Shown in pieces: positions 14,002 to 27,539 of a stretch of 64,000 bases of DNA. The position numbers and the translations under genes were made by a program. Numbering within the stretch: position 1 is the stretch's first letter; the number at the start of each line of letters is the position of its first letter. The stretch is taken from positions 1 to 64,000 of the forward strand of contig NW_026860787.1 in assembly GCF_026571515.1 (NCBI RefSeq), in the 5' to 3' direction. The DNA is from Ruditapes philippinarum (taxonomy: Eukaryota). Below the pieces are notes generated by a model. That model searched no databases and was not told the origin of the DNA. It saw nothing but the letters and a program-made list of their open reading frames with translations.

Positions 14002-17000
14002 ATATGTGTACAGTTGACACATGACAGGAAGATCCTTGCCTGACTAAAATGGTAATAGATTATGTTCCAATGATCAACATTGCCACTGAACATCCAGTTG
14101 GCGTGAGATGTAAATGTCTGAAACTATGTTGATGTCTTGGTGCCATATTAATAAAATGCTGATATATGTAGATTGCGCCAAGTCCTTGATGTACATGGTA
14201 ATTTATTATCAATAACATTTTGATGTTCATAGTGCTTCATTGGTGATGTATATATTACTTTCATACTATTTAACATGGCTATTATCATATCATTTAAAGG
14301 CACATTATGCCTCAGAATTTTTTAAAAATTCTTTAGAAATGTCAAACATCTGTTTAATTATGTTTAAATAATGAATTAAGTGCCTGTTAAATGTTTTACA
14401 ACTGAAAAAAGCGCTGAGCATGAGTTATGTATCTTAAAGGTAGCAAAATGTAAACAAAATGGTATTTTGTTTGAAAGGCAAAATATTATAAAAACCAATT
14501 GCCAACAGAACTAAATATGCAAAAGATAGTTCATGTATATAGCAAATGAATATGTTTTTGGAAACTGTAACAAGATCCCAAACATTTTTGAGAAATAAAA
14601 ATGCTTGCATTTCTGAGTCATACTGGACCTTTAATATTTTTGTAGTGATTTTAAAGGGAGAGTTATAATATGTGCTTGTGTGCATTAATACATTGGAAAT
14701 AAATGTTAAGTGAATCATGATGATGATTGTGGTGGTGATGATGATGACCAGTAAATAACCAGTTCTGTCTGTAGTCATGACAAAACTATACTTTTCCTAC
14801 TAAATATATGGTATGATAAATATTAAACAAAATCATGTAATAAAGAAGCCATATGAAATGGGTGATATATATCAGAAATGATATCTTTGGTGCAAACAGT
14901 GTGTATTAAATACATTCTACACTAATCAAATTTAGTATGCCAATATATATTTTAATTTACGTGATTTGATTTCATACTGCTTATGTTTAACATTTAGTAT
15001 TACCTAACCTATAATCTTTATCAACATTAATGTCCCGTATTACAAAACCACCCTTTAGATAAATATTGTTCAGTTATCTTTGAAAATAGTTACGTATTGC
15101 TTATTGTTTGCTGAATAGTTGTGAAATTGTGGGACACTTTGGAAAGGTCTTTGGTGACTTAGACATTTAATTTGTTCTCTGAGACAAATTTTGGTTTTCA
15201 GCAATTTGATTTCTATGTATTTAGGAAAAAAAATGCAATTTTTTATCATGTTTTATAACTAATAATACTCTAAATGTATTCCCTGTGAATTATGTGTTTC
15301 CCTAGTATATAAGTATACTGCTGTATATATTGCATTTGATTTATGTTGATACCTCTAGATTGTACAGTGAAATGTTGGTGCCAATATTAGGGTTGCTAAG
15401 CATGGCTAACTAAAATGTCAGAGTGATTTCCGAAAGAAAGAAAAACAACACCAAGTATCCATCACTATGAGAATGGCAACATTCTTGTTTTAAAGTCACT
15501 TTGTTCTGACTTACATTTTACAATATTTGAATGCTGAACTAGAATTTTTATCTCATATTTATTATGCAACTTTTATTTTGTCAGCTGTTATAAAAGTCCT
15601 CTTGTATTATTTTACAATAGCACCTTATGCAAGGATTTTATTTAGTAACTTTGCTGCTGACATGTTTATAGCAAACCATGGTTATATATTATATTGCCAG
15701 TATATATAGCAAACCATGGTTATATATTATATTGCCAGTATATATTTGGAAAGCTTCTGTATCATTCCATATTTGGGTTATATTGCTCAGCTTACATTAG
15801 GTAGCATGTTTTGTTTGTCATATACCAAGTACTGGCCAGAATTTTCTTGTATTGGGAATTAATTTTTGTTAAAAATAATTAGTTTGCTTATATTGTGCAA
15901 GTATTTGACCCTGTGAAAACCATGATGTATACAGGTTAACACCGGTATCTAGTTGTAAACATTATATACTTGATTTTAACAACAAGGTTAATTTTTGATT
16001 TAAGTTATTCATTATGTTTAAGTGAAAATTCAGAAAAATAATGAAAATTAAAATGTTCATGCTTTATTTGTGTGTATACATTTACACATCGTCTAAAAAT
16101 GCAACCCATGAAAAAATGATTTTGAAAAATGAACATGTGACTGGAGATTTATACTGTACAATAGCTTTGTAAATATGCATTTGTACTTTTTCATTACTAA
16201 ATGTTGGGTTTTTGTTTTATCAAACTTTTTACATCATTTGAAATATTGTCCATGTCAAGTTTTACATTGTTAATCACTTTGGTGATTTTAATTTGCTTTT
16301 GAGGTTAGAATCCTAGCTACATATATATAAATATTGGTGTTTTACATTTGTATTGTCAATACTTTAATCAAGTATTTATGGACATTTGTATAACATTATA
16401 GTTGTCTCTAAAGTTTATATAGACTTCAAGACGCTGTTTTTACATAACCATCAAAGATGTCAGTTTCCATATGTTAATGTAAGACATGTTTCTCAGTAAT
16501 CTGTTCTGGTTATACTATTGGTATACATGGTGAGGTGTGATACATCTCTTTAAACCTGTAATATAACAGTAATTGCCTAGAGGATTTACTACACTGGTGT
16601 ATCTGTAAGGTTATATACCTTGTTACAGGGATTCTATATAACCAATAGCAATAGAGAATTGGATCATTACTTGACATAGATGTGTTTTATCATATTATGA
16701 ATGGTACTTCACATGTTCAGAGAAATAGAGGAAGTTGTGTGAAGTTGGGGATTTAAAGCATGAACTGTAATTACATGTGGGTGTTATATGTCCTTATGTT
16801 CCAAATGAAAACTGACATGTTTATTTGGTTATAAGTGAAATGGTAGACTGAAGTCTAGATTTTGAATCTACTTATCCCCTAGATGGTTCAGTAGAATCTT
16901 GGAATATGCATAATTTTGTTATCTTGTCATTTTGGACTTCTTGAATAAAGATTTTGTCTGAATACAGAAAATGTGTTTCTTGTTAATGTTTTCCTATTTT

Positions 17001-17897
17001 TATATTCGATGCAGATTATGAAGTAGATATACTAGATATGATAGAAGATGGAATTCAGGTCTTACCAATTACATGTATCTGTAAATATAGCATTCCTTAC
17101 TGGACTGTTATGTCTAAAGCTGGACAAAACATTGTTTGGATATCACTTTTGTCAAGGCAATATGCCATTAAACTTTAGTTTAACACATTGCCAAGGCAAT
17201 ATTCCATTATACTTTAGTTTAACATATGCAGACTATTTTGACGCATGCCTATTAATGTTCAAACTTTACCTCTTAATTCAAAATTGTCGTCGCCAGTTAT
17301 GTGGTGTAAGACTTAAAATGGTCGTATGTAAAAATGGAAGGGGCACAACTGTAATGACTTTCTCAGACAAAATCTAATGTTTAATGTGTACATTTACTTT
17401 ATATTTGTCATGTAGCATAAATGTTATCCTCTACACAATATATGAAACCGATTATCGGGTCCTTAGTTTGGTCCTGGAAATAATATTAATGCACATTTGT
17501 AATGTCGCTATTTATTAGATAATCGTGACGTTTTTATAAACTAACTATACATGGCTTATGTCAAAATTTATGAAGTTATTTGATTTTTTCTCCAATTAAG
17601 AAAGTTTGGAACTTTATGGCCGTTTATAAACGGTTATTTGCAATGCAACTCTGAACTAACCGCTTTGGTGATACATACAAACAAACGTTTAAGTGTAGCA
17701 TGTCCTAGCGGACCTCTACATACGTTATTTAAATCATGCCCTTTGGATAATTTTTGTCATGACCTCTATATATCAAAACCCCTAGAATTTGGATAGTTGG
17801 TGTGCAAAATAATGTGATCCTTTACATCATGCTTCTCCTTGTGTATTACAACTATTATCAGATATTACACTCACAAGATGGCCAACTGATCAGTAAA

Positions 17898-20800
17898 TCA
17901 CTTTTTTTCTCTACACTTCAGATTCTTAAACTTCATCTGTAAGTCTTGAATGGTCTCATTAACTTGGTCTAGCTTTTGCTGATTGTTTAGTAGTGTACAC
18001 TCTTTAGCAAGTCTATTACATTCTTTATCTATTTTGTACAAAGTTTCTTTATAATTTTCAAGTTGTCCAGTAAGGTCGTATATTCGAGACATACATTGTA
18101 AACATTCGGTTACAATGGAGTTGTGTGGAAGTGCCTTTATAACTTCATCTTTTAATCCTATTGCTTCTTTTGTAAGTTTTAATGCAGAGGCAAATTTACA
18201 CCTCTTTTCTAGGACTTCCGCCAAATTAACCAATCTTTTCATGTAAATATAACTGGTCTGTTCTACTTGCCTGGTTATTTCCACAGTTTTGCCATACGCC
18301 TCAGATGCTTCCTTAAATTTTCCTTCCCTTGCATATATTTTACCTCTAGTATTATACAGAAGAGAAAATCCATCAAGCATGTTCATTTTCTGATTTTGCA
18401 GAATAGCAAAGGCTTCATCAACAAGCTTATGAGCTTCCTTGAACATACCCATATCTTTGTAACCATTGGCGACATTGCTTAATGAATATACAACAGATAT
18501 AGGCGCAGCTTTTGATTTTCTCTTTACTTCAAGACCTTGCTTGAAGAACTCCAGTCCTGTTTTCGAGTCGCCCCGTTGGTCATAAAGCAATCCCATCCGG
18601 TTTAAAGCATTACCTACATTAGGGTGAATTTTCCCCTGGAGCGCTTCGCTTCGTCGCAAGCAAGTTGAGTGGTATTTTTCACCAAGATCAAAGTTACCTA
18701 AAATATAGAAGTTCCCAAATTGAAAAATGAATTGTAAGGAAATAAAGACGTTCAATAAAAGCGGTTCAAGTATTATGCAAAATAATTTAAATAGTAAAGA
18801 AATTATATCGTACATTTTGTTAGTAAATGAGAACAAAGATATTTCATGTACATGACCATCATATATGATACAGTACATTGGTCATGAATTATCCATGCAT
18901 CAATAAGAAAAAAGTACAGGCTAAATGTATTCATAATAGCTTCAACTTGTATACATCTGACATGGTTGGTGAGGTGAATAATTGCATTGGATAATATTGA
19001 TTCTGAAGAAACATAAGCCAGTTATTACCAAGAACTACGTGCACAACCCCTAAGTAACTAAGAGATTGTAATGTCAATGGTTCAAAGTCCTTTCCAGCAG
19101 TTGACGATATACCCAACGACTTTTTATACAGCCTGCAATACAAAAATGACGCTTGTTTAGATTGAGCTTTCTGTCAAGTTACATTTGTATGTCAAAATTT
19201 CCTTACATTATAATATTAAAACTTAAATTCCGTAAATCTTCAGAAGAAGAAGACTTGCATATTATTTTTATAAGACTATTAATTAGAGTAATTACCTTAT
19301 GGCTTCCATGCAATCGCCTTGTTTGAATAAATTCCATCCCATTTTCTGATAGAGGGTGGCTAGTTGGATACGGTCTCCTTTATCTTCGATGATATCTAAC
19401 GCCGATTTGTACTTCATTATACCGGTGTGAAGGTCGCCCTAGAAAAAATACTTTTTTTCATTACACAACATTTCATGACACAACAATTTATAAAATTCTC
19501 AATGAACATAAGTAGAACATAGAGCAAGATGTTATTATTAATATAAAAACTCAACCTTTGTGTAAGTTTCCATGGTTCCAACAGCTATCAATACGACAGC
19601 CTTGTCAACGTCCTTTCCATATCTATCCGCTAATCTTAGGCAGCCATTGTAAAATTGCTCACTTTCACCTGATGAATATTGTAAACACAATCAATCAATC
19701 AATCAATTAATCAATCAATAAATCAATCAAAACAAGCAAATAACTTATTAGTATTGTAAACACAAATAGTATGTATAATAGTCATCTATACAATCTGATC
19801 ATAAAACCATTCTTTCTTCGTGCAGTCCAATGCATGCATGCAACAAATTCTCCAAGTGACATGTTAGTGAAATTTAATTTGTGTGATCAACAACAATAAA
19901 GATGTTTAAAATTACTTGGCATAAATATTTCGATGAGCTCAGTACAAGATGACGCCATTTCGATAAAGAATGGGTATGTAGACGTTTCTTGCATGATATT
20001 GTTGACTTCATATAGAAGTTTCCGTAAGTTGGGTTGTTCATCAACAAATGTTGACAGTGCTCGTGTATATTCATCTGTAGGCATTTTCTTGGCGATATCT
20101 TTCATAACTTTAGTGAACACTTTACAATATCTCATCCTTATAGCTAAAAATAAAAGAAATAATAACTAATGGATATCATCTTGTTGACTATGTAGTTCAA
20201 ACATTGATAGCTACACTTTATTAATGTACACTGTATTTCAAATATTTCAAAACCGTTGGTAATATATTTGGTCGTTACAAATTTGTCAAAACTGCCTAAT
20301 TGTACTTAAATAAAATTTATAAACAATTTCACGGTAATTATGTTTTGATCTTTACTGCTTTTCAGTATGATATACACTTATATATTCTATCTGTATAGCC
20401 TTTCTTACGCTTCAAAGTCACCACATCCATTTTTCATGATTTTGTGCACGGAAAGAGTCACAGCTAAGATGATCGAACTTGTATGGATGCAGACGAAACA
20501 AAAGAGATATGTTTGAATGAAAAACGGGCATATTTTTTATAAAATACCATAATATTTTATTAAATGTCATAAAGCATAAGCATAAAGTTTCCCAAAACAT
20601 ATCTGGGTGGTGCAACCGCCACAAAGGGGTTAGCCCCTAAAAGGGGACATCTATATTTATAGCTTTAATAAATAGTTTAATGTAATTTTGCTAGAATAAG
20701 ATTAGAGAACTTATACCTGGCAAATCTTTGATAACAAAGTTTGCATTGATCACCTCTCGAAGTATTCCCTGAATGTTGAAACGCTGGGATGACGTGTCAT

Positions 20801-22498
20801 AGTTGATCACGTGTCTGACCAGTATTGGCTTTAATCCTTGTTGCTTTGCTATTGCTACACTTCCAAAATCTGGGAAAAATGAAGATACAAAGTTATTTGT
20901 AAGGTCAATACGGCTATATTAGAAAATTGAAATATAATATATGTGCATTGTTTTCATGTAGTGCACTGTAAAATAATAAAGTGTGTATGCGCAAAACAAA
21001 ATGAGCACAACAAACGGAATAAAAAGTTAAAAGTTTCAAAGTCTGATGGAGTAAGGTCGATTTTACCTGTCTTTGATAATTAAGCTACCAGCAATTTGAA
21101 CTGATCACCATTAGATTTTATCTTAAAACTGGTACCTATACAATAAATTGACAATTAATTTACATAGCAATAATTATTTTACTATGACGGTGAGCCAATC
21201 GCTAGATACCACTCAGTCATACCTAAAAGTCCACTGGCTTCCTCTGCATTAAACGACCCAGGGATATAGTTAAGACTGGACAAGTACTGCTGATATACAG
21301 TCGATAAACGCTGAATAAAGTTTCTGTAAACATCAGCTGAAATATATATAGATCTATACTTCCACTATATAAACAACAATTTAACAAAAATTATCATAGG
21401 GTACATACTACTGAACAAGATAAAGAGAAATGTCAAGATTAGTCGAAATCTTCAAGCTTAAACTCTGTGCAAAATTTGTGAAATTGATACGTCCTATTTT
21501 GAAAGAAAAAATATTGCTATTTTAGCGATTTCAATACCAAAATAAAATCAGAGATTAGAAAGTTTGAACATATTTATATGCTCGCATTTCTTGTGTCTGG
21601 TGACTTAGGCCTTTTTATATGCTGCAAAACTAAAATAAAATCTATTCTTTTATTGGTATATCTATATCGACAAATTATTGTTTGTTTGTTTGTTTTGTTT
21701 GTCTGTGATAAGAACAACAAAAACAAGAGTCATACCTACTCTATCTTCAACCGGATAGTGTTCCTTGCTGAGGGTTTCGAGTCTGCTGAGCAACAAAAGG
21801 TCAACCATTTGTTCTGGAGATATCAAATTAATTTTCAGCTCTGCACCAATCATTAATATCAACAGAGGAAGTCCTTCACTAAGGTCTATTATAACATCTT
21901 CACATGTACCAAGGTCAATATCAGGGGCAATAGTATGTAACATAAGTCTAGATTCCGTGTACCTCATTGGTTTTAATTCATGTAAGCAATAAACCTTGCT
22001 AAGTTGACTAAACTGAATTCTTGTAGTAGAAGTTACAAAGATCTTCACTCGAGGGCATTGTTTGGCTACAGCAACAATCAATGACAAAAGATTGTCCTTA
22101 AATGAACTTTCAATGGTATCCTCAGCGTTGTCAAAGAAAACAGCTAATTGTCTGTCATTTGAATTCTTTTTGAGCTCGTCCGTTACATGTTTCATCCATC
22201 TTATTGATGATACAGTTTGAATCTCAGGTTCTGTATTAAGTGAAGCACATAGGACAGAATAAAGAGAACGGACATCGTTCACCGTGTCTAGATGAACAGG
22301 TAACACATCAATATGTTTCCGTCTGATAAACTCTCTCACGAATCTTGATTTGCCTACTGCACGTAAACCAAATGTTCCAAATATCCTACACGAAGACCAC
22401 TTCTCATTTAACACAGCGAAATCGTGATCCCGACCTATAAACATATACTCTGGACTTGATTCCGAATCTATAGAAGTTTCCATCGCTGTTGTATTCAT
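17898..22498 (-). CDS. NB-ARC/STAND P-loop NTPase with C-terminal TPR repeats (NLR-like), 805 aa, intact copy 1
   Basis: 8 GT/AG exons: 21736-22498, 21223-21336, 20717-20869, 19916-20143, 19556-19668, 19296-19438, 19029-19132, 17898-18697 = 2418 nt, no internal stop. Motifs FIGR, Walker A GLRAVGKS, Walker B AVFFDNAE, IFVTS, EGLPL, winged-helix-like RFNIQGILRE, then TPRs such as HPNVGNALNRMGLLYDQRGD and VVYSLSNVANGYKDMGMFKEA. Confidence 0.88.
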
Positions 22499-22624
22499 TT
22501 TCTTATTTTTTTTTATAGATTTGTTGTATTTGAAAAATCTACATCTGTTTTATATTACACGTTACATATTTCCCCATCTAACCACTTAAAATATCATTTT
22601 CTACATGATTTTTCTTCACTATTT

Positions 22625-22645
22625 AAAATTACTTCCGGGTGCGTT
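22625..22645 (-). promoter_or_regulatory. ETS-like CCGGAAGT site upstream of the STAND-TPR gene
   Basis: acttccgg ~130 nt upstream of the ATG; conserved in copy 2 at ~39362. Confidence 0.35.
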
Positions 22646-25600
22646 GTTAAGGCTCGCATTTATGTATTTTGTGTATAAACTTATACACGCCAGCCGGATC
22701 CACATCGCTGGTTACTTCATTGTTTTGCTTTAAAAAATAAAGTCCACTGTATTTTTACAAATACATGTAAATGCTAAAAATCCGTGCAATATAAGTTGTT
22801 TCACTAGGATAATTACAGACTGCCGCGGCGGTCGAGTCAACTATTACGATGTAAACACGTTATCAAATAGTACAGTAGCCAAGCAGCCTTAAAAGCATGA
22901 AAAGCGTACCAACTGTCGTCGTAACGCATTCCGCAAGGATGTAGTATCGTTAAAATCCAACGTTCTGTGATTGCAAAATCATGTTCCAGCATAAATCCTA
23001 TCCCCTAATAGTGTTTTATTGCCCACACTAACATTTAGCCAGCTCAATATACCTGTTGCTGTTAGCCAGATTTAGCATATCTCATCGTAACAGATTTAAT
23101 TTTTATCAAAAATATATCTAAGATCACATCATGTATCTCACACCTGCCAAGAATATTAATTATTTTGTGGTTTTGTTGTTATGCCTGATACTAAATGATA
23201 TCAACATAATTATTATTGTATTACATACCTTCCATTATAGACCAATTCACTTTAAGGCTTTACTCCTGGTCAGAACGTTAGAATTGTTTTTTATTTTCCT
23301 GTATTGTCCTAAATAACTGGTCGTATGATAAAGTTATGATGGGAAATGTCCAGTTCTGATCTATTTGAAGCAATGCTAATGCAAGCAAACAGTAGAAGAA
23401 AAAACAGACACACAATATGTAAAAACTGATCTTCATGCACATTTATAAGTTACAGTTGGATACGCTTACGGGCCGGATCCAGAAATATTTGGCTTGGGGG
23501 CTTTTGTTTGAAAGTCGAAATTAACCCCTCCCCCATTATATGCCCCCCCCCCCCATGAAAAAAATGAAATCTTCATGTTATATGGTGGCTTCTGGTGCAT
23601 TTTAGGTGCACATTTTGAAATAGAAGATTTCTTGGATAACACTATGATTTTAAAAGAATTTTCCAAACAATTTAACAAATATCCCTACCACAACACTTAA
23701 CATCATAATGAACAAAGGTGAAGTAGTTCCTAGTTAGAACGTCAGGACGTTGAAGGTCCATTATGTCCAAGAAATGCTTTTATTTGATTATTCAAAAGCT
23801 ATTTACATGTATGTTATAGTTAACTAAAAGATACTTATTGGCCAATAAACGTTTTTCGCTCTGTTGTTTTTTGCAATTAGTAGTTATAGTGTTAAAGTAT
23901 TTTGTATGGAAGTCAAAATACTACTAAGTTTACATTTTTCTACTGTTATGGGACATAATTTCACATTTAGAGCTACTTTTTCAGGTGATAAGCATCTTAC
24001 ATGCTCTAAAAAACATTTACTCATTTTAAGATGTTATAAAGTTCATGTTTGCCCTTTCTTAAGAAGTTAAGAGGTAATACTTTATTTAATTCAGATGATT
24101 ATTTTGATATCATTTGATGGTGTTAAGTCTACACTTTTTTTTCTTATTTTTGAAATATTGTCCATGTCAAGTTTTACATTGTTAATCGCTTTGGTGATTT
24201 TAATTTGCTTTTGAGGTTAGAATCCTAGCTACATATATATAAATATTGGTGTTTTACATTTGTATTGTCAATACTTTAATCAAGTATTTATGGACATTTG
24301 TATAACATTATAGTTGTCTCTAAAGTTTATATAGACTTCAAGTTGCTGTTTTTACATAACCATTAAAGATGTCAGTTTCCATATGTTAATGTAAGACACG
24401 TTTCTCAGTAATCTGCTCTGGTTATACTATTGGTATACATGGTGAGGTGTGATACATCTCTTTAAACCTGTAATATAACAGTAATTGCCTAGAGGATTTA
24501 CTACACTGGTGTATCTGTAAGGTTATATAACTTGTTACAGGGATTCTATATAACCAATAGCAATAGAGAATTGGATCATTACTTGACATAGATGTGTTTT
24601 ATCATATTATGAATGGTACTTCACATGTTCAGAGAAATAGAGGAAGTTGTGTGAAGTTGGGGATTTAAAGCATAAGGACTGTAATTACATGTGGGTGTTA
24701 TATGTCCTTATGTTCAAAATGAAAACTGACATGTTTATTTGGTTATAAGTGGAATGGTAGACTGAAGTCTAGATTTTGAATCTACTTATCCCCTAGATGG
24801 TTCAGTAGAATCTTGGAATATGCATGATTTTGTTATCTTGTCATTTTGGACTTCTTGAATAAAGATTTTGTCTGAATACAGAAAATGCGTTTCTTGTTAA
24901 TGTTTTCCTATTTTCATATTCGATGCAGATTATGAAGTAGATATGATTGAAGATGGAATTCAGGTCTTACCAATTACATGTATCTGTAAATAAAGCATTC
25001 CTTACTGGACTGTTATGTCTAAAGCTGGACAAAACATTATTTGGATATCACTTTTGTCAAGGCAATATGCCATTTAACTTTAGTTTAACACATTGCCAAG
25101 GCAATATTCCATTATACTTTAGTTTAACATATGCAGACTATTTTGACGCATGCCTATTAATGTTCAAACTTTACCTCTAAATTCAAAATTGTCGTCGCCA
25201 GTTATGTGGTGTAAGACTTAAAATGGTCGTATGTAAAAATGGAAGGGGCACAACTGTAATGACTTTCTCAGACAAAATCTAATGTTTAATGTGTACATTT
25301 ACTTTATGTCTTGTTTAAATCAACGTGGTATAGAGTATATATTTGGCCTGTAACATAACTGTGATCCTCTACAACATGATATGAAACCGATTATCGGGTC
25401 CTTGGTTTGGTCCTGGAAATAATATTAATGCACATTTGTAATGTCGCTATTTTATAAACTAGAACTATACATGGCTTATGTCAAACTTTATGAAGTTATT
25501 TGATTTTTTCTCCAATTAAGAAAGTTTGGAACTTTATGGCCGTTTATAAACGGTTATTTGCAATACAACTCTCAACTAACCGCTTTGGTGATACATACAA

Positions 25601-27129
25601 ACAAACGTTTATATTGGCATGTAGCATGTGCTAGCGGACCTCTACAAACGTTATTTAAATCATATCCTGTGGATAATGTTTGTCACTCTGACCTCTATAT
25701 ATCAAAACCCCTAAAATTTGGATAGTTGGTGTGCAAAATAATGTGATCCTTTACATCGTGCTTCTTGTGTATTACAGCTATTATCAGATATTATTACGCT
25801 CACATGATTGCCAACTGATCAGTAAATCACTTTTTTTCTCTACACTTTCAGATTCTTAAACTTCATCTGTAAGTCTTGAATGGTCTCATTAACTTGGTCT
25901 AGCTTTTGCTGATTGTTTAGTAGTGTACACTCTTTAGCAAGTCTATTACATTCTTTATCTATTTTGTACAAAGTTTCTTTATAATTGTCATGTTGTCCAG
26001 TAAGGTCGTATATTCGAGACATACATTGTAAACATTCGGTTACAATGGAGTTGTGTGGAAGTGCCTTTATAACTTTATCTTTTAATCCTATTGCTTCTTT
26101 TGTAAGTTTTAATGCAGAGGCAAATTTACACCTCTTTTCTAGGACTTCCGCCAAATTAACCAATCTTTTCATGTAAATATAACTGGTCTGTTCTACCTGC
26201 CTGGTTATTTCCACAGTTTTGCCATACGCCTCAGATGCTTCCTTAAATTTTCCTTCCCTTGCATATATTTTACCTCTAGTATTATACAGAAGAGAAAATC
26301 CATCAAGCATGTTCATTTTCTGATTTTGCAGAATAGCAAAGGCTTCATCAACAAGCTTATGAGCTTCCTTGAACATACCCATATCTTTGTAACCATTGGC
26401 GACATTGCTTAATGAATATACAACAGATATAGGCGCAGCTTTTGATTTTCTCTTTACTTCAAGACCTTGCTTGAAGAACTCCAGTCCTGTTTTCGAGTCG
26501 CCCCGTTGGTCATAAAGCAATCCCATCCGGTTTAAAGCATTACCTACATTAGGGTGAATTTTCCCCTGGAGCGCTTCGCTTCGTCGCAAGCAAGTTGAGT
26601 GGTATTTTTCACCAAGATCAAAGTTACCTAAAATATAGAAGTTCCTAAATTGAAGAATGAATTGTAAGGAAATAAAGACGTTCAATAAAAGCGGTTCAAG
26701 TATTATGCAAAATAATTTAAATAGTAAAGAAATTATATCGTACATTTTGTTAATAAATGAGAACAAAGATATTTCATGTACATGATCATCATATGTACAG
26801 TACATTGGTCATGAATTATCCATACATCAATAAGAAAAAAGTACAGACTAAATGTATTCATATAATAGCTTCAACTTGTATACATCTGACATGGTTGGTG
26901 AGGTGAATTGTTGCATTGGATAATATTGATTCTGAAGAAACATAAGCCAGTTATTACCAAGAACTACGTGCACAACCCCTAAGTAACTAACAGATTGTAA
27001 TGTCAATGGTTCAAAGTCCTTTCCAGCAGTTGACGATATACCCAACGACTTTTTATACAGCCTGCAATGACAAAAATGACGCTTGCTTAGATTGAGCACC
27101 TTAATTACGCTTTCTGTCAAGATACATTT

Positions 27130-27364
27130 GAGCCGCGCCATGACAAAACCAACATAATGGGTTTGCGACCAGCATGGATCCAGACCAGCCTGCGCATCCG
27201 CGCAGTCTGATCAGGATCCATGCTGTTCGCTTACAGACCCTATAACAAGTAAAGAAACTGATAGCGAACAGCATGGATCCTGATCAGACTGCGCGGATGG
27301 GCAGGCTGGTCTGGATCCATGCTGGTCGCAAACCCATTATGTTGGTTTTGTCGTGACGCGGCTC
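27130..27364. mobile_element. 235-bp Sola-like MITE (TSD ATTT)
   Basis: Flanked by attt on both sides; the paralogous empty site in copy 1 (~19180, ttacatttgtatg) has a single ATTT. Confidence 0.9.
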
Positions 27365-27539
27365 ATTTGTATGTCAAAATTTCATTACATTTTAATATTA
27401 TAACTTACATTCCGTAAATCTTCAGAAGAAGAAGACACGCATATTATTTTTATAAGACTATTAATTAGAGTAATTACCTTATGGCTTCCATACAATCGCC
27501 TTGTTTGAATAAATTATATCCCATTTTCTGATAGAGGGT

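Larger units (their letters stand above)
16238..24040. repeat. Segmental duplication unit, copy 1 (~7.8 kb)
   Basis: tttgaaatattgtccatgtcaagttttacattgttaatc at ~16238 and ~24149; homology runs through the gene to ...agatgttataaa at ~24040 and ~41813. Confidence 0.9.

Noticed and set aside
15667-15745. 39-bp direct tandem duplication
   Set aside because: Ordinary slippage duplication with no sign of function.
17048-17377. 109-aa ORF duplicated at 24947
   Set aside because: Similar only because of the segmental duplication; copy 2 has an early stop and there are no protein motifs.
18698-18878. Hydrophobic N-terminus of the 326-aa TPR ORF suggesting a membrane protein
   Set aside because: It is intron 7 sequence; the exon starts at the AG acceptor at 18697 (26627 in copy 2).
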